Shown: positions 51,233 through 62,464, counted from the first letter of the stretch. The stretch: DNA of 64,000 nucleotides from an uncultured Acidobacteriota bacterium (GCA_963786485.1 CAWAZN010000003.1:46553-110552), one strand, 5' to 3'. The notes: generated by a model not told the origin, from the letters alone. Translations and numbers: made by a program.

Positions 51233-52363
51233 ATGTCGCGCAGCGTGCGTTCCCTGGTGAATCTTTATAACCCAACGGATTCCCTGGATAAAGCGTGGAC
51301 CATTCCCTCCCCGTGGTATTTCGATCCTGCATTTTTTGAAGCTGAGCGATCCGCTGTTTTCGGCAATTCCTGGCAAGCCGTCGGCCGCACCGAACAGGTT
51401 CGCGAGCCGGGACAGTTTTTCACGGCTGACGTGGCTGGCGAGCCCATCATTGTGGCGCGTGGCGAAGATGGGCAGTTGCGCGCTTTTTACAATGTTTGCC
51501 GGCACCATGCGGCCGCAGTGGTCACTGCTCCGCAGGGTTGCGCCAAACAGTTTCGTTGTCCGTATCACGGCTGGACTTACGGAAATGATGGCTCTCTAAA
51601 AGGCATGGTGGAATTTGAAGGCGTGTGCAATTTCGATCGCGCCGCGAACGGACTCGTGCCCGTGCGCGCGGAGGTCTGGGAGCATTTTGTTTTCGTTAAC
51701 CTGAATCCGCACGCGCAGCCTCTCTTGGAATTTCTTGGCGTGGTTCCTGAAATCGTTGCGCCGCTGCAAGTTACGAAAAAATTGCATTACTTTGACCGCC
51801 GCGTCTACACCTTGAACTGCAACTGGAAAGTCTATGTGGACAATTATTTGGACGGCGGTTACCACGTCCCGCACGCCCACAAAGGACTCAGCAGCGTCAT
51901 CGAGTACACCAAATACACCATCGAGAATTTTCAGACGGCTTGCTTGCAGTCCAGTCCGTTGTCGTCGGACAGCGAGTCGGAAGCTGGCGTCGCGGCGACG
52001 CGGCAAGGTCGCGCCTTTTATTTGTGGATCTATCCCAATTTCATGATCAATGCCTACGAAGGCGTGATGGACACGAATCTGGTTGTGCCGCTGGCCGTCG
52101 ACAAATGCGCCGTGATTTTCGATTACTATTTCGCGGATGTCAGCGCGGCATCCGAAGCGCGCAATCGGGAAAGCATCGCCATCAGCGAAAAAGTGCAGGA
52201 TGAAGACGAAGCCATCTGCGATTCGGTGCAGCGAGGTTTGGCTTCGCGCGCCTACATTGCCGGACGTCTCTCGGTTCGTCGCGAAGCTGGTGAACATCTA
52301 TTTCACCGGTTGCTCCACGCCGATTTGACCGAGGAACTTCGGCGTTCTTCGGCGGCGGACTAG
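51233..52363 (+). CDS. Rieske non-heme iron oxygenase alpha subunit (choline monooxygenase-like)
   Basis: CRHH..CPYHGW; NWK..DNYLDGGYHVPHAH; ED. Confidence 0.92.
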   Translation: MSRSVRSLVNLYNPTDSLDKAWTIPSPWYFDPAFFEAERSAVFGNSWQAVGRTEQVREPGQFFTADVAGEPIIVARGEDGQLRAFYNVCRHHAAAVVTAPQGCAKQFRCPYHGWTYGNDGSLKGMVEFEGVCNFDRAANGLVPVRAEVWEHFVFVNLNPHAQPLLEFLGVVPEIVAPLQVTKKLHYFDRRVYTLNCNWKVYVDNYLDGGYHVPHAHKGLSSVIEYTKYTIENFQTACLQSSPLSSDSESEAGVAATRQGRAFYLWIYPNFMINAYEGVMDTNLVVPLAVDKCAVIFDYYFADVSAASEARNRESIAISEKVQDEDEAICDSVQRGLASRAYIAGRLSVRREAGEHLFHRLLHADLTEELRRSSAAD

Positions 52364-52409
52364 CTTTTCTACCCCAGATCTACGTATCTACCCCCTCCCC
52401 GTTTTTTTG

Positions 52410-52483
52410 TAAGTGTTCATTCTGCGGGACTTAAAGTCGTTTGTTTTGTATCAGATTCACAAGTGTTCATTCTACGGGGCTTA
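52410..52483. repeat. Short direct repeat (AAGTGTTCATTCTRCGGGRCTTA) x2
   Basis: Copies at ~52411 and ~52461 between convergent genes. Confidence 0.6.
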
Positions 52484-52696
52484 GAGAAGAGCTTTGATTA
52501 CTTTTTAGTTATGGTGTACCGGTACTACTACAGAAAATGGCCCTGGGTGTTGGGTCTGCGAGAAGGCGGGTGCAATCTAAACCGAACGGATAACGCAGAG
52601 GCGCAGAGTACACAGAGGGGCGCAGAGAAAACCGCTCAGCGGCTAAGGCAGAGACGCAAAGCGCGCTCAGTGGGCGCAGAGAAAACCTGTCATCCG

Positions 52697-55600
52697 CTAG
52701 CGAAATATTTGGGTGGGGTTGCGGATCAGTTTGCGGAGGACTTGGGCTATGTCGGGGGCGTTGCGGTCCCAATAGTGGGTGTGGGCGCCGATACCGATGC
52801 ACATCTCCGCGCGGGTGCTGGGGGAGGCGTCTTGAATGAGTGAGATCTGCGCGGCCCGATTCTTTTGCAACAGATCCTGATTTCGTTTCAGCCAGCCAAT
52901 GTTCCAGAGATAACGGCCGACGTAGTCGCCGCTGCGATAGGCGTTGCACCAACCCTTGACGCACAGAGCTCGCGGTTCCGGTAACGCGTTCGGTGGGATG
53001 GCTTTCGGTTGATCCGGCAAGGGGCGACCCAGGCGATTAGATCGTGAGGAATTGTCGGGAGTAGGTGTAACCCATTCGTAGAGGTGCGGAAAGAAGCGAT
53101 TGAGAAGCGGGCGCAGCGGGCTACCCATAGTCATTAAGTAGATAGGAATGGCGGGAGTGTCTTCTCCAGCATGGAGGCCATCGGCATGCAGGACAGGGTC
53201 GTGGTCATTGGCGCGGGAACGGGCGATGAAGCGAAGGAGATCCGCGGAGACGAGAGTACCCAGACTGTGGGCGACGATGACAAGTCGCTCATACGGGCGG
53301 CCTTGCGGATCGCGATAGGCAGCAACGTAACGCAAAAGCGAAGTGATGCGCTCGGCGATGCGCGCGCGGGGGGTGCATTCCTTGGGCACGGTACGCAGGT
53401 AATTGTCGACATCGAGCAGGGTGTCCAGCACGGCGCCACCGTACTTCAAAATAATGGCAATGATAGCGGCGGCGGAGACGGCCAAGCCCGCGCCAGTACC
53501 CTGGATTAGTGGAAGCGTCAGGCGGCTGAACCAATCGAGCATGCGCAATAGAGGTGCAGGGACACTATCCGGATGACCCCACGCAAGAAGATCGAGCACG
53601 CCGAAGAAGATGGGAACCGGCACGATGGCAATCCACAGAACACGGATGAGGATGGCGATGTTGTCGAGCCCGCGCGATAACCACTCGCCGGCGTCGGCGG
53701 TCTGCGGGTCATATGCCGGGGGCGTACGTTTGGGACGAACCTCATAAATCACGGAAGGCGCGACGGCCCAAACCAGAAGAAAGAAACTTACGGCGATGAG
53801 GGCGAGAATGATGGGCAAGCCTGGCGTGACACTGACCAGGAGCAGGCCATCGAGATAGCGCGCAAGGGGCTTGCGGGCGAATATATCCTTTGCAAACTCG
53901 GGCTCGCGGAGAACCACCGTGGCGTCGCATGAAGCGTCTCTCGCTCCTGGACGCAGGGTGTCGGGAGAACTCGGGACGAGACCTGCCGGATTCGGATGTT
54001 GCGGGTGCGCATGAACGGGCTCAAGGGACTTAATGCGGGAGACGAGTTGGCACGTATTGGGAACGACTACTTCCCACCAGGGGCCCTTTGCGAAAGTATC
54101 TTGCGCGATGTTCAATGCGGGAACGCGATCAAAAACGCCCAGCTTGTTGCCCGCGTAGCTGCAGATGCCGCTCCAAATAGCCAGAGTGACGATCAGGAAG
54201 AAGGAAGCAGAAATCGCGAAGGCGAATCGTCCGGTGCGGTGCGCGGAGCGGGCACGGGCTTTTTTTTGGGCGCGGGCTACTTCGGAGACGTCGGCGGCCA
54301 GCGCAATGCAGAGTTCGCTGAGCGGGTAGGCGAGGAACTCCGCAGTCAAACAGACTACCCATACCAGCGCGAGTTCGCCGAATAACAACTGAATGGACAA
54401 TAGGGATGCCGTGGCCGCCTGGAGTTCCGGGCTGGACTCCTGTCCAAGAAACGTAACGAAGACGGCGGCGTTTGCTGCATACAGAACTGGGCCCACCCAG
54501 TCTGCGCCAGGCTGAAACGCAGCTAACTTCTTGCTGATCCAGATTACGGCGGCACCCGCGAGCAGCAGCCAACCGAGTAGAGCCATCCATTTGGCTTCGG
54601 AAACACTGCCGACGCACTGGTGCGCGAGAAATGCCAACCCCCAAAAAATGCCCACTAGCCCCACGGTGCCGGCGAGCGGGAGGAGCGACCACACGAAAGG
54701 CGTGCTGGGCACCGGCTTATTCCGTAAAAAAACCAAAGTGAGCACGATCCCCAACAAGCCGGCGATGGCGACGCCAATGATGCGGAGCAGCACGTCGTTG
54801 GGCACTGGCGAGGTAACGTCGGGTGTCGTGGCCGAGGGGAATATAGTGGCTTTATCGGCGAATGCCGAAAACCCGATGAGCAGCATGGTGAGATTCAAGA
54901 GTGGAAGAAACATGATGAGGCTACGCACGGCGACGGCATGAGCGGTGGAAAGCAGGCGCCACGGCGCGCCAGCGAGGCCGGGTTTGCTATTTTCCGCTTC
55001 AGCCCAGTACACAGCTTTCAAACCGAGAGCGGCAAGATGAAATAGCAGTTGATAGAAAGCGTAGAAAAAGCCGACGACGGAATTTTCCGGTTTGCTGAGG
55101 TCAGAGTAGTGGGCGTCGTAGATGTGTGTGGGAGGCGCGGGCGGTTCAGTAAGAGAAGTGCGGCCAGGAATGGGCGCGAAGCGTCGGGAGACGTAACGCA
55201 TGGTTTGGAAGGTGCGATCGGACTGGCCCTTATAGTCTGCCAGCTGCGACAGCATGTACTGGTAATCGAAAAGCAGTTCCTGAGGGGCGGCCTGCGGAGC
55301 CGGGCTGCCGCGGACGGGCAAGGCTTCCTGCGCGACCGTGGCTCTTTCGGCCTGTTGTTGGTCTGGCGGCTGAGGTCCGCGTCTGCGCTGTGCCGAGGAG
55401 AAGCTGCTAGTAGATTGCCGCTGCTCGTAGAGGAATCCGCGGCGCTCGTCGAAGACGCCTAAAATTTTTTGCAGCCGGTTGCGATCGGTGCTGGGCGGCC
55501 TTTCCGTGGCAACGGCGGCGAGGGGCACCTCGATCGATTCGATGTCATAGCCGGAACACCGGCGGGGCCCTGTAGGCAGGTCGAGGAAATCTTGCGCGTT

Positions 55601-55774
55601 GTCGGCGCGATCCTGACTGGCGAGAAGCGTGGCGATGGCTTCGGCGGAGGCGCCAGGCTCGTGGCGGCCGACTCCGTGGATGGCTATGACTGCGACTTGG
55701 CGCGGAGGATCTGGCGCGGGGTTTTGCGCGGTCGACGTATTCGTACCCGGAATTGGGGGAGTGTTGCTGGCCAT
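52697..55774 (-). CDS. Large membrane protein with split alpha/beta-hydrolase motifs
   Basis: VIAIHGVG at the N-terminus; AHSLG, TMGSP, DYVG and HTHYW at the C-terminus; many TM helices between. Confidence 0.75.
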   Translation of the reverse strand: MASNTPPIPGTNTSTAQNPAPDPPRQVAVIAIHGVGRHEPGASAEAIATLLASQDRADNAQDFLDLPTGPRRCSGYDIESIEVPLAAVATERPPSTDRNRLQKILGVFDERRGFLYEQRQSTSSFSSAQRRRGPQPPDQQQAERATVAQEALPVRGSPAPQAAPQELLFDYQYMLSQLADYKGQSDRTFQTMRYVSRRFAPIPGRTSLTEPPAPPTHIYDAHYSDLSKPENSVVGFFYAFYQLLFHLAALGLKAVYWAEAENSKPGLAGAPWRLLSTAHAVAVRSLIMFLPLLNLTMLLIGFSAFADKATIFPSATTPDVTSPVPNDVLLRIIGVAIAGLLGIVLTLVFLRNKPVPSTPFVWSLLPLAGTVGLVGIFWGLAFLAHQCVGSVSEAKWMALLGWLLLAGAAVIWISKKLAAFQPGADWVGPVLYAANAAVFVTFLGQESSPELQAATASLLSIQLLFGELALVWVVCLTAEFLAYPLSELCIALAADVSEVARAQKKARARSAHRTGRFAFAISASFFLIVTLAIWSGICSYAGNKLGVFDRVPALNIAQDTFAKGPWWEVVVPNTCQLVSRIKSLEPVHAHPQHPNPAGLVPSSPDTLRPGARDASCDATVVLREPEFAKDIFARKPLARYLDGLLLVSVTPGLPIILALIAVSFFLLVWAVAPSVIYEVRPKRTPPAYDPQTADAGEWLSRGLDNIAILIRVLWIAIVPVPIFFGVLDLLAWGHPDSVPAPLLRMLDWFSRLTLPLIQGTGAGLAVSAAAIIAIILKYGGAVLDTLLDVDNYLRTVPKECTPRARIAERITSLLRYVAAYRDPQGRPYERLVIVAHSLGTLVSADLLRFIARSRANDHDPVLHADGLHAGEDTPAIPIYLMTMGSPLRPLLNRFFPHLYEWVTPTPDNSSRSNRLGRPLPDQPKAIPPNALPEPRALCVKGWCNAYRSGDYVGRYLWNIGWLKRNQDLLQKNRAAQISLIQDASPSTRAEMCIGIGAHTHYWDRNAPDIAQVLRKLIRNPTQIFR

Positions 55775-56159
55775 GATGCACCTAGGTTTTTCCGGGAGAG
55801 TTGGCTTGCGGTTAGGCGGAGTTTAGTAATGTTGCGGCGACGTGTCAATTCGTAAGATACATGGCGACAAATGCAGCAGTCGCAAACGCTTCGCGAAACT
55901 TTTGCCAAAGGCGGACTAGATTAGTGGTCGTTGACCCCGTGGATGCCGATGATCGCAACCGAGCCATCAGATTGCGATTGTGAGTTGATGGGATTCTTCC
56001 GCGAGGAGTGGCTCTCGCGAATGCGGATGGCTACCCGGCATAGTGACTCTCAAATTTCCGAGAGAGTTCGGCGAGTTTACCGTACTCATCGTTAAACGCA
56101 AACGTTTCGCGAAAAGCGCTGCCGAGAATTTCAGAATCTCGCGATCCGCACGTGGGTCA

Positions 56160-56187
56160 GTTTCCGGTAACCGCGTTAATCAGCACC
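56160..56187 (-). repeat. 28-bp dif-like site (inverted)
   Basis: Minus strand reads GGTGCTGATTA-ACGCGG-TTACCGGAAAC. Confidence 0.7.
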
Positions 56188-56226
56188 TTGTGCGGATTCT
56201 GATAACATGACCCATCCGATGATGCC

Positions 56227-57084
56227 GTGAAAGCCGCTCTTCACATCTCCGTACTCTTCTTTGGCGCAGTGTTTCTGCTGCCGGTCTTCCTGCAGGCTCA
56301 GCCAGCGCCTTGGTTAACCGACGAACAAGCTCGTGACGTTGCAGCGGCAGCGATACACTCCGTTCATCCCGAGCCGTGTTACAGCACCTATCGAAAAGAG
56401 CGTCTCGAAAGTTTCTTGCTCAGTATTCGACAAAACCCGCTCGTGGGTGATCGGCTTAACAGTTCCGTGTATTTTTATCGCGTCGCGAGCGATGTGTGTG
56501 ATTACGTGGTGGAGAAGGATGGCGAACACTTTCTGGAGTCGCAAATTTCAATGGATTGCTGCGAATATGGCATTGTCGCGGTAGATCGGGTTACAGCCAA
56601 GGGTTATTGGTTCGCAGAAAATGAGAAAGCTGCCGACATTTTTAAGGAGTTTGCTCGGGATGAACAGCTCTGCTTCAATTCATCCAACAATACGTTGTTC
56701 GTCGAGCTTTATCTTGTTCTCGTTCGGGGAGAAGATGAGGGCAACCAAATCAAAGCTATTAGCCAGCTCCGAGAGTTAGTTCAGCACAATTTCTTAGCTG
56801 CTTATTCGCCCGACCAACAAGGCAACGCGTGGAAACGTAAGTTTGATCACTGGTGGAAACGGTTCCAATCACAGATGCCTCAACTGAAATTGGAAACGAC
56901 GTATGAAACGGTAAGCGGTGGGACTTTGGTCCGTGGCTATGGCTTCAGCGGTTTCGTACTGACCATTCCGTAGAGCTCCCCTCCTCCAAAGGGAACACCC
57001 TCGCTTTTCCAGTGGTCTTTGTTCGTGAAACCGGACGGAATGATCGAAGAGCGTCCCTCAAAGGTGATCTATTCAAGCCGCTGA
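56227..57084 (+). CDS. Secreted hypothetical protein with probable premature TAG at 56971
   Basis: Signal peptide ending LQA-Q; frame stays open for 36 more codons after the TAG. Confidence 0.6.
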
Positions 57085-57112
57085 ACTTCTTGCGACATCA
57101 CTAACGCGGTCA

Positions 57113-57140
57113 AGTCCTGATAAGTCGCGTTACCGGACAA
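57113..57140 (+). repeat. 28-bp dif-like site
   Basis: AGTCCTGATAA-GTCGCG-TTACCGGACAA. Confidence 0.82.
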
Positions 57141-57179
57141 GTGCTTTTAGCCGAAAATCTCGTTTGTCCCTTGAGCGCG

Positions 57180-57386
57180 TTATTGGGGATTCACCGTTCT
57201 AGATTTTTGCTTGTGGGCAAACCGTTCCACTAAAATTCCGAGCGCCATACCGCCAATGACTGAAAATGTCAGACTGTACGTAAAGCCCCATTTCGTCTGA
57301 GCAGGCCACAAACTCTCACCGATAATGGCCGGAATCACCACGGCGGCTGTCACGGCCATGACTCGCAATGCGCTTTGGATCTTCAT
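57180..57386 (-). CDS. Small two-TM protein (candidate cassette gene)
   Basis: Two hydrophobic helices; flanked by direct sites with identical GTCGCG spacers. Confidence 0.6.
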   Translation of the reverse strand: MKIQSALRVMAVTAAVVIPAIIGESLWPAQTKWGFTYSLTFSVIGGMALGILVERFAHKQKSRTVNPQ

Positions 57387-57457
57387 GTCCGTGTTGTACA
57401 CCCGGAAAGAACCAAACGCAATCCATGCCGCGCTGAGGCGCTTCTGCGGAGAGGTCA

Positions 57458-57533
57458 ACTCCTGGTTAGTCGCGTTACCGGACAAGTGCCGTCCCGTCGA
57501 TCCGTTTGTCCGGTAAGCGCTTTAATCAGGAGT
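57458..57533. repeat. Inverted pair of 28-bp dif-like sites
   Basis: ACTCCTGGTTA-GTCGCG-TTACCGGACAA, 20-bp gap, inverted ACTCCTGATTA-AAGCGC-TTACCGGACAA. Confidence 0.82.
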
Positions 57534-57626
57534 TTGAGCCGAGATCCGATTATCATAACGATATTAACAGTGCAACGGAGGCGTCTCGAAGTAACTCGGA
57601 TTCCCAAATGTGAATAGGAGGGTTGA

Positions 57627-58484
57627 ATGGCGCAAGTCTGGTTAGTGACGGGCAGTTCTCGCGGTCTGGGTCGCGCGATTGTCGAAGCGGGCCTTGCGGC
57701 GGGTAATAAAGTGTTGGCGACGGCTAGGGACATCGAGTCTCTACATGATCTATCGGAGCGCTACGGTGACCAGATCAAGCTCTTCGCGCTGGACGTGACC
57801 GACGAGTCCGCGGCAGCGAGCGCAGTGAAGGCGGCGATCGGTGCCTTTGGCTCGCTGGACGTTGTTATCAACAATGCAGGATACGGCAATCTCTCGTCCG
57901 TCGAAGACACGCCGATGTCTGATTTTCGCGCACAAATCGAAACGAATCTCTTCGGGACGATCATCGTGACGAAGGCCGCTCTTCCGTACTTTCGCCAAAG
58001 GAAAGCCGGTCATTTTGTTCAGTTTTCGTCGATGGGCGGAAGGATCGGGCCTCCAGGGCGCGGGCCCTATTCGGCTGCGAAATGGGGTGTCGAGGGTTTC
58101 TCGGAAGTGTTGTCGCGCGAAGTGGCGCCGCTAGGCATTGCGGTCACCATCGTCGAGCCGGGTGGCTTCCGCACGGACTTCGCCGGCAGTTCCACCAAAC
58201 TGAGCGAAGGAAATCCCGACTACGACTCGACGGTTGGAGCCACCGCCAGGTTTCAACGCGACTACAACGGTAAGCAGCCCGGTGATCCGAAAAAAGCGGC
58301 TCAAGCGATCGTGCGACTGACGCAGGAACAGAAACCACCATTGCGACTGTTGCTCGGCAGCGATGCGTACAACGGGGCGGAGAAAAACGACCTCGCACGA
58401 TTAGAAGAAGCGAGAGCGTGGAAACAACTCAGCCTGTCCACTGATTTCGAGCCGGGGTCCCCATACCCAGAGGGACGAAAGTGA
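57627..58484 (+). CDS. Short-chain dehydrogenase/reductase
   Basis: TGSSRGLG, NNAG, YSAAK, EPG. Confidence 0.95.
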   Translation: MAQVWLVTGSSRGLGRAIVEAGLAAGNKVLATARDIESLHDLSERYGDQIKLFALDVTDESAAASAVKAAIGAFGSLDVVINNAGYGNLSSVEDTPMSDFRAQIETNLFGTIIVTKAALPYFRQRKAGHFVQFSSMGGRIGPPGRGPYSAAKWGVEGFSEVLSREVAPLGIAVTIVEPGGFRTDFAGSSTKLSEGNPDYDSTVGATARFQRDYNGKQPGDPKKAAQAIVRLTQEQKPPLRLLLGSDAYNGAEKNDLARLEEARAWKQLSLSTDFEPGSPYPEGRK

Positions 58485-58643
58485 AACTACTCGAAGGTCA
58501 GTCGACACGCTGAATGGATCGTTTCATGTCCTCCGTAGATTGAGACCTTCCAGGCCTGTTGTTTTCGCTTACGCCGCATTCGGAGGGATGTCGGTAGAGT
58601 TGCGTGGTGGCGCTGCGAAGCATAGAGATCGATGGGCGAGAAA

Positions 58644-58672
58644 TTGACGGTGCGGTGAGGGTCAAATATAAT
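58644..58672 (+). promoter_or_regulatory. Sigma70 promoter upstream of tig
   Basis: TTGACG-17 bp-TATAAT. Confidence 0.75.
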
Positions 58673-58769
58673 AAAGGTTCTGTCGGCAGGATGAGTTCTC
58701 GCCTGATTTACACCTTCTCAAGGTAAGTTGTTGGTGGGAGCGGTCGTTGCGGGTTGGCGACGGAGGATT

Positions 58770-58856
58770 GTGCCGCCCCTACGGGGCTCGTGGCGTTTTG
58801 CGTCGTGGACCCAGCGCTCACGCGCTGGGCTAAATTGTACCGCGCCTCCGGCGCTG
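58770..58856. repeat. REP-like triple-hairpin element
   Basis: GCCCCTACGGGGC, CCCAGCGCTCACGCGCTGGG, CGCCTCCGGCG hairpins. Confidence 0.6.
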
Positions 58857-58982
58857 GTTTGGGTGGCGTCTGGCGCCGCATTCGTGGGTTCCAGATGTTG
58901 AAGATTTCGGACTGGCATTCGCGGTCGCGAGCCAGACCGCAGTTTGAGATTGGGATTCTGGATTTAGGAAAAGGGAGAGTTT

Positions 58983-60308
58983 ATGGCGGAAACAGCGGAA
59001 GCGACTTGCCGGAGAGAGTTGGAGCTGGAGATACCGGCGGACGATGTTACGAAGGCGATGGATCGGGTGACCAAGGAATTTGCGAAGCTGGCGAATGTGC
59101 CGGGATTTCGCAAGGGTAAGGCGCCGCTGACGCTGATTCGCAAACGGTTTGCGGACGATATCAAGGGTGAAGTGCTGCAATCGCTGGTGCCGGAGACGCT
59201 GGAGAAGGCGGTCAACGAGGCGAAGCTGCAGCCGGTGTCGCAGCCTTCGGTGGAGAAACTGGATTTCCATGAAGGGCAGCCGGTGAAGTTTACGGCGGTG
59301 TTCGAAGTACTGCCGACGTTCGAGCTGGGCAACTACAAAGATTTGACGCTGGAGCTGCCGCCGATGGAAGTGACGGACGCGGACGTCGATCGGGCGCTCG
59401 AAGAGGCGCGGGAACGCGCGTCCACGTTTACTCCGGTGGAAGGACGAGCCGTCGCGGATGGCGATTATGCGCAACTGAAACTGGTGGGGACGCCGACGGA
59501 TGGCAGCGAACCGCTGCAGGCGGAGAGCGTTTTGTGCCACATCGGCGCGGAAGAGACGATGGCACCGTTCAACGAGAATTTGCGCGGGGCGAATGCGGGG
59601 GACCACAAGACGTTTGACGTGGATTATCCGGCGGATTATCCGGACCCAAAGCTAGCCGGGAAGACCTATCACTATGACGTGGACGTGCTGGGCGTAAAAA
59701 CGAAGACGTTGCCGGAATTGAACGACGAGTTTGCCAAGGATGTGAGCGACGCAACGACGCTCGATGAGCTGAAAACGAAGATTCGCGAGAATCAAGAGCA
59801 TCAGCTGGGGCATCAAGTAAAGGATATGAAGCGCGAGAGGGTGCTCGCGGAGTTGGTGAAACTTCATGAGTTCCCGGTACCGCAAGTGCTGGTGGAACAT
59901 CAGATGGACGTGCGGTTGCAGCGCATGGTGCGGCAACTGGCGCAGCAGGGCGTTGATCCGCGCGCGGTGAATGTGGACTGGGTTTCACTGCGCAAGCGGC
60001 AAGAAGAGCGCGCCAAGGACGATGTGAAGGCGGAGCTGATCGTGGATCGCATCGCCACGGCGGAAAATATCGAAGTGACCGACGAAGAAGTGCAAGCCGA
60101 GCTGGAACATATGGCCAGCCATAGTGGCGAATCGGCGGAGGCAATTCAGGCACGTTTGACAAAGGAAGGAACGCTCGATAGGATGAAATCCAAGCTGCGC
60201 AGCGACAAAACGCTCGACTGGCTGGCGCAAAACTCCCAAGTCAAGATCGTCGCTAAACCCGAGCCAGAAACGAAAGCAAACGCAGCCGGATCTGACACAC
60301 AGCCTTAA
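58983..60308 (+). CDS. tig: Trigger factor
   Basis: PGFRKGKAP ribosome-binding motif; upstream of clpP. Confidence 0.96.
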   Translation: MAETAEATCRRELELEIPADDVTKAMDRVTKEFAKLANVPGFRKGKAPLTLIRKRFADDIKGEVLQSLVPETLEKAVNEAKLQPVSQPSVEKLDFHEGQPVKFTAVFEVLPTFELGNYKDLTLELPPMEVTDADVDRALEEARERASTFTPVEGRAVADGDYAQLKLVGTPTDGSEPLQAESVLCHIGAEETMAPFNENLRGANAGDHKTFDVDYPADYPDPKLAGKTYHYDVDVLGVKTKTLPELNDEFAKDVSDATTLDELKTKIRENQEHQLGHQVKDMKRERVLAELVKLHEFPVPQVLVEHQMDVRLQRMVRQLAQQGVDPRAVNVDWVSLRKRQEERAKDDVKAELIVDRIATAENIEVTDEEVQAELEHMASHSGESAEAIQARLTKEGTLDRMKSKLRSDKTLDWLAQNSQVKIVAKPEPETKANAAGSDTQP

Positions 60309-60326
60309 CCCCTTAAAAAGCGAACA

Positions 60327-60983
60327 ATGAAAAATTCTGACGAACGGCTGTACCACGCTACTGATTTTTCGACGCCGGAGGCGTCTCCACAGGCGACGAC
60401 GCTGATTCCCATGGTCGTGGAACAGACCAGCCGCGGCGAGCGGGCGTACGACATTTATTCGCGGCTGCTGAAAGAGCACATTATTTTTATCGGGACGCCG
60501 ATTGACGATCATGTCGCCAACCTGGCCACCGCGCAGATGCTCTTTTTGCAGGCGGAAGATCCGGAGCGGGATATTCAGCTGTACATCAACTCGCCGGGCG
60601 GCTCCATCACCGCGGGATTCGCGATTTACGACACGATGCAGTTTGTGAAGCCGGACGTGGTGACCACTTGCGTGGGCCAGGCGGCTTCGATTGCGGCGGT
60701 ATTGCTGGCAGGCGGAGCACCGAAGAAGCGCTTTGCGTTGCCGAACGCGCGGATTCTGATTCACCAGCCGTGGATGTCCGGATTGGGCGGACAAGCGACG
60801 GATATCGATCTGCACGCCAAGGAAATTTTGCGGATGCGGACCACGATCAATGCTTTACTGGCGCAGCACACCGGACAGTCGCAAGACCGCATCGAAAAGG
60901 ATGTGGAGCGCGACTACATCATGAATCCCGCGCAGGCCAAGGAATACGGGATGATTGATGAGATTATTTTTAAGCACCGGTAA
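60327..60983 (+). CDS. clpP: Clp protease proteolytic subunit
   Basis: [26 protein letters not shown]. Confidence 0.97.
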   Translation: MKNSDERLYHATDFSTPEASPQATTLIPMVVEQTSRGERAYDIYSRLLKEHIIFIGTPIDDHVANLATAQMLFLQAEDPERDIQLYINSPGGSITAGFAIYDTMQFVKPDVVTTCVGQAASIAAVLLAGGAPKKRFALPNARILIHQPWMSGLGGQATDIDLHAKEILRMRTTINALLAQHTGQSQDRIEKDVERDYIMNPAQAKEYGMIDEIIFKHR

Positions 60984-61210
60984 TCTGATTGCGGTGGAGT
61001 AGCGTAGAAACAAAAGAACGGGTTGCTTCCTTAGCCACAGCGATGGAAGGCTCGCCGCTACAATGCCCAGTAGAACGGGCCCGGTACAATGGCCGGGTTG
61101 CAGACACGGTGCAGCACAAAGAGTTTGTATTTCGTTCCGGAGATAATTCGGCCTAGAATGTTGTTGAGCACCTTCGCCCCGAGTGCAGTGGAGACGAGGC
61201 CTTCACACCC

Positions 61211-62464
61211 GTGAAAAAACCCTACCCAGATGAGCCTTTACGCTGCTCCTTCTGCCACAAGACGCAGGAACAGGTTGAGAAGCTGATCAGCTCGCCTTCG
61301 GACTATCCGCGCGCGTACATCTGCAACGAGTGCGTGGGCGTGTGCCAGACGATTTTGGAAGACGAGAAGCGCGAACAAGCGGCCGCGCCGGCGCGAAGAC
61401 TTCCCCGCCCTCCGGAGATCAAGCAATTCCTCGACGGCTACGTGATTGGGCAGGACCGCACCAAGAAGAAATTGGCGGTGGCGGTTTACAACCACTACAA
61501 GCGGATCTTTTTGAATAAGCAGCCGGGCGAAGTGGAGCTGAGCAAGTCCAACATTCTATTGATTGGGCCAACCGGCACGGGCAAGACGCTTTTGGCGCAA
61601 ACCTTATCTCGCATGTTGGACGTCCCGTTCGCGATCGTCGACGCGACCACGCTGACGGAAGCCGGATACGTCGGCGAAGACGTCGAGAATATTATTTTGA
61701 AGCTGCTGCAGGCCGCCGACGGCGACGTGCAGAAAGCGCAAACGGGAATTATCTATATCGACGAGATCGATAAGATCGCCAAGAAGGATGAGAACCCTTC
61801 GATCACGCGAGACGTGAGCGGCGAAGGCGTGCAGCAGGCGCTCTTGAAGATTCTGGAAGGCACAGTGGCGAATGTGCCGCCCCAGGGCGGACGCAAGCAT
61901 CCGCACCAGGAATTTACCCCGGTGGACACGACGAACATCCTATTTATATGCGGCGGAGCGTTCGTGGGGCTGGAAAAGATCATCGAGAAGCGCGCGGGAC
62001 GGCGATCGCTGGGATTTCATAACGATGGCGCGCCGGTAACAACCGCACAGCGGCGCAACACCGAATTGCTGGAACATGTACAGCCCGGCGATTTGATTCG
62101 CTACGGTCTGATTCCGGAATTTGTGGGACGCTTGCCGGTGGCCGGCGTAATGAACGATCTGGACAAGAACGCGCTGGTGACCATCCTTACGGAACCGAAG
62201 AACGCGCTTTTGAAGCAGTACCAGCGACTCTTCGAATTTGAAAACGTGAAACTGCGTTTCACCGATGATGCTTTGGACACCGTCGCGGAGTTGGCTCTTC
62301 AGCGCAAAGTTGGCGCGCGCGGCTTGCGCATGATACTCGAAGACCTCATGCTGGAGTTGATGTATCACTTGCCGATGCAGCGCAAGGTGCGCGATTTTAT
62401 CGTGACTGCGGAAATGGTGCGCACGCGAGAAATTAATTGGAGTTTGCTCGAGAAGGCCGGCTAA
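61211..62464 (+). CDS. clpX: Clp protease ATP-binding subunit
   Basis: CSFC zinc domain, [32 protein letters not shown] loop. Confidence 0.97.
   Translation: MKKPYPDEPLRCSFCHKTQEQVEKLISSPSDYPRAYICNECVGVCQTILEDEKREQAAAPARRLPRPPEIKQFLDGYVIGQDRTKKKLAVAVYNHYKRIFLNKQPGEVELSKSNILLIGPTGTGKTLLAQTLSRMLDVPFAIVDATTLTEAGYVGEDVENIILKLLQAADGDVQKAQTGIIYIDEIDKIAKKDENPSITRDVSGEGVQQALLKILEGTVANVPPQGGRKHPHQEFTPVDTTNILFICGGAFVGLEKIIEKRAGRRSLGFHNDGAPVTTAQRRNTELLEHVQPGDLIRYGLIPEFVGRLPVAGVMNDLDKNALVTILTEPKNALLKQYQRLFEFENVKLRFTDDALDTVAELALQRKVGARGLRMILEDLMLELMYHLPMQRKVRDFIVTAEMVRTREINWSLLEKAG

Noticed and set aside
52590-52690. CGCAGAG-rich low-complexity repeats
   Set aside because: Short irregular intergenic repeat with no spacer structure or linked gene.
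56971-56973. In-frame TAG as pyrrolysine or readthrough
   Set aside because: No pyl genes in the window and only one case; a nonsense change or base error is more likely.
57451-57540. Integron attC reading of the hairpin (AAC...GTT ends)
   Set aside because: Single arms occur alone, flanked genes face both directions and no intI is present; the 11-6-11 double-strand site model fits better, though IntegronFinder should be run.
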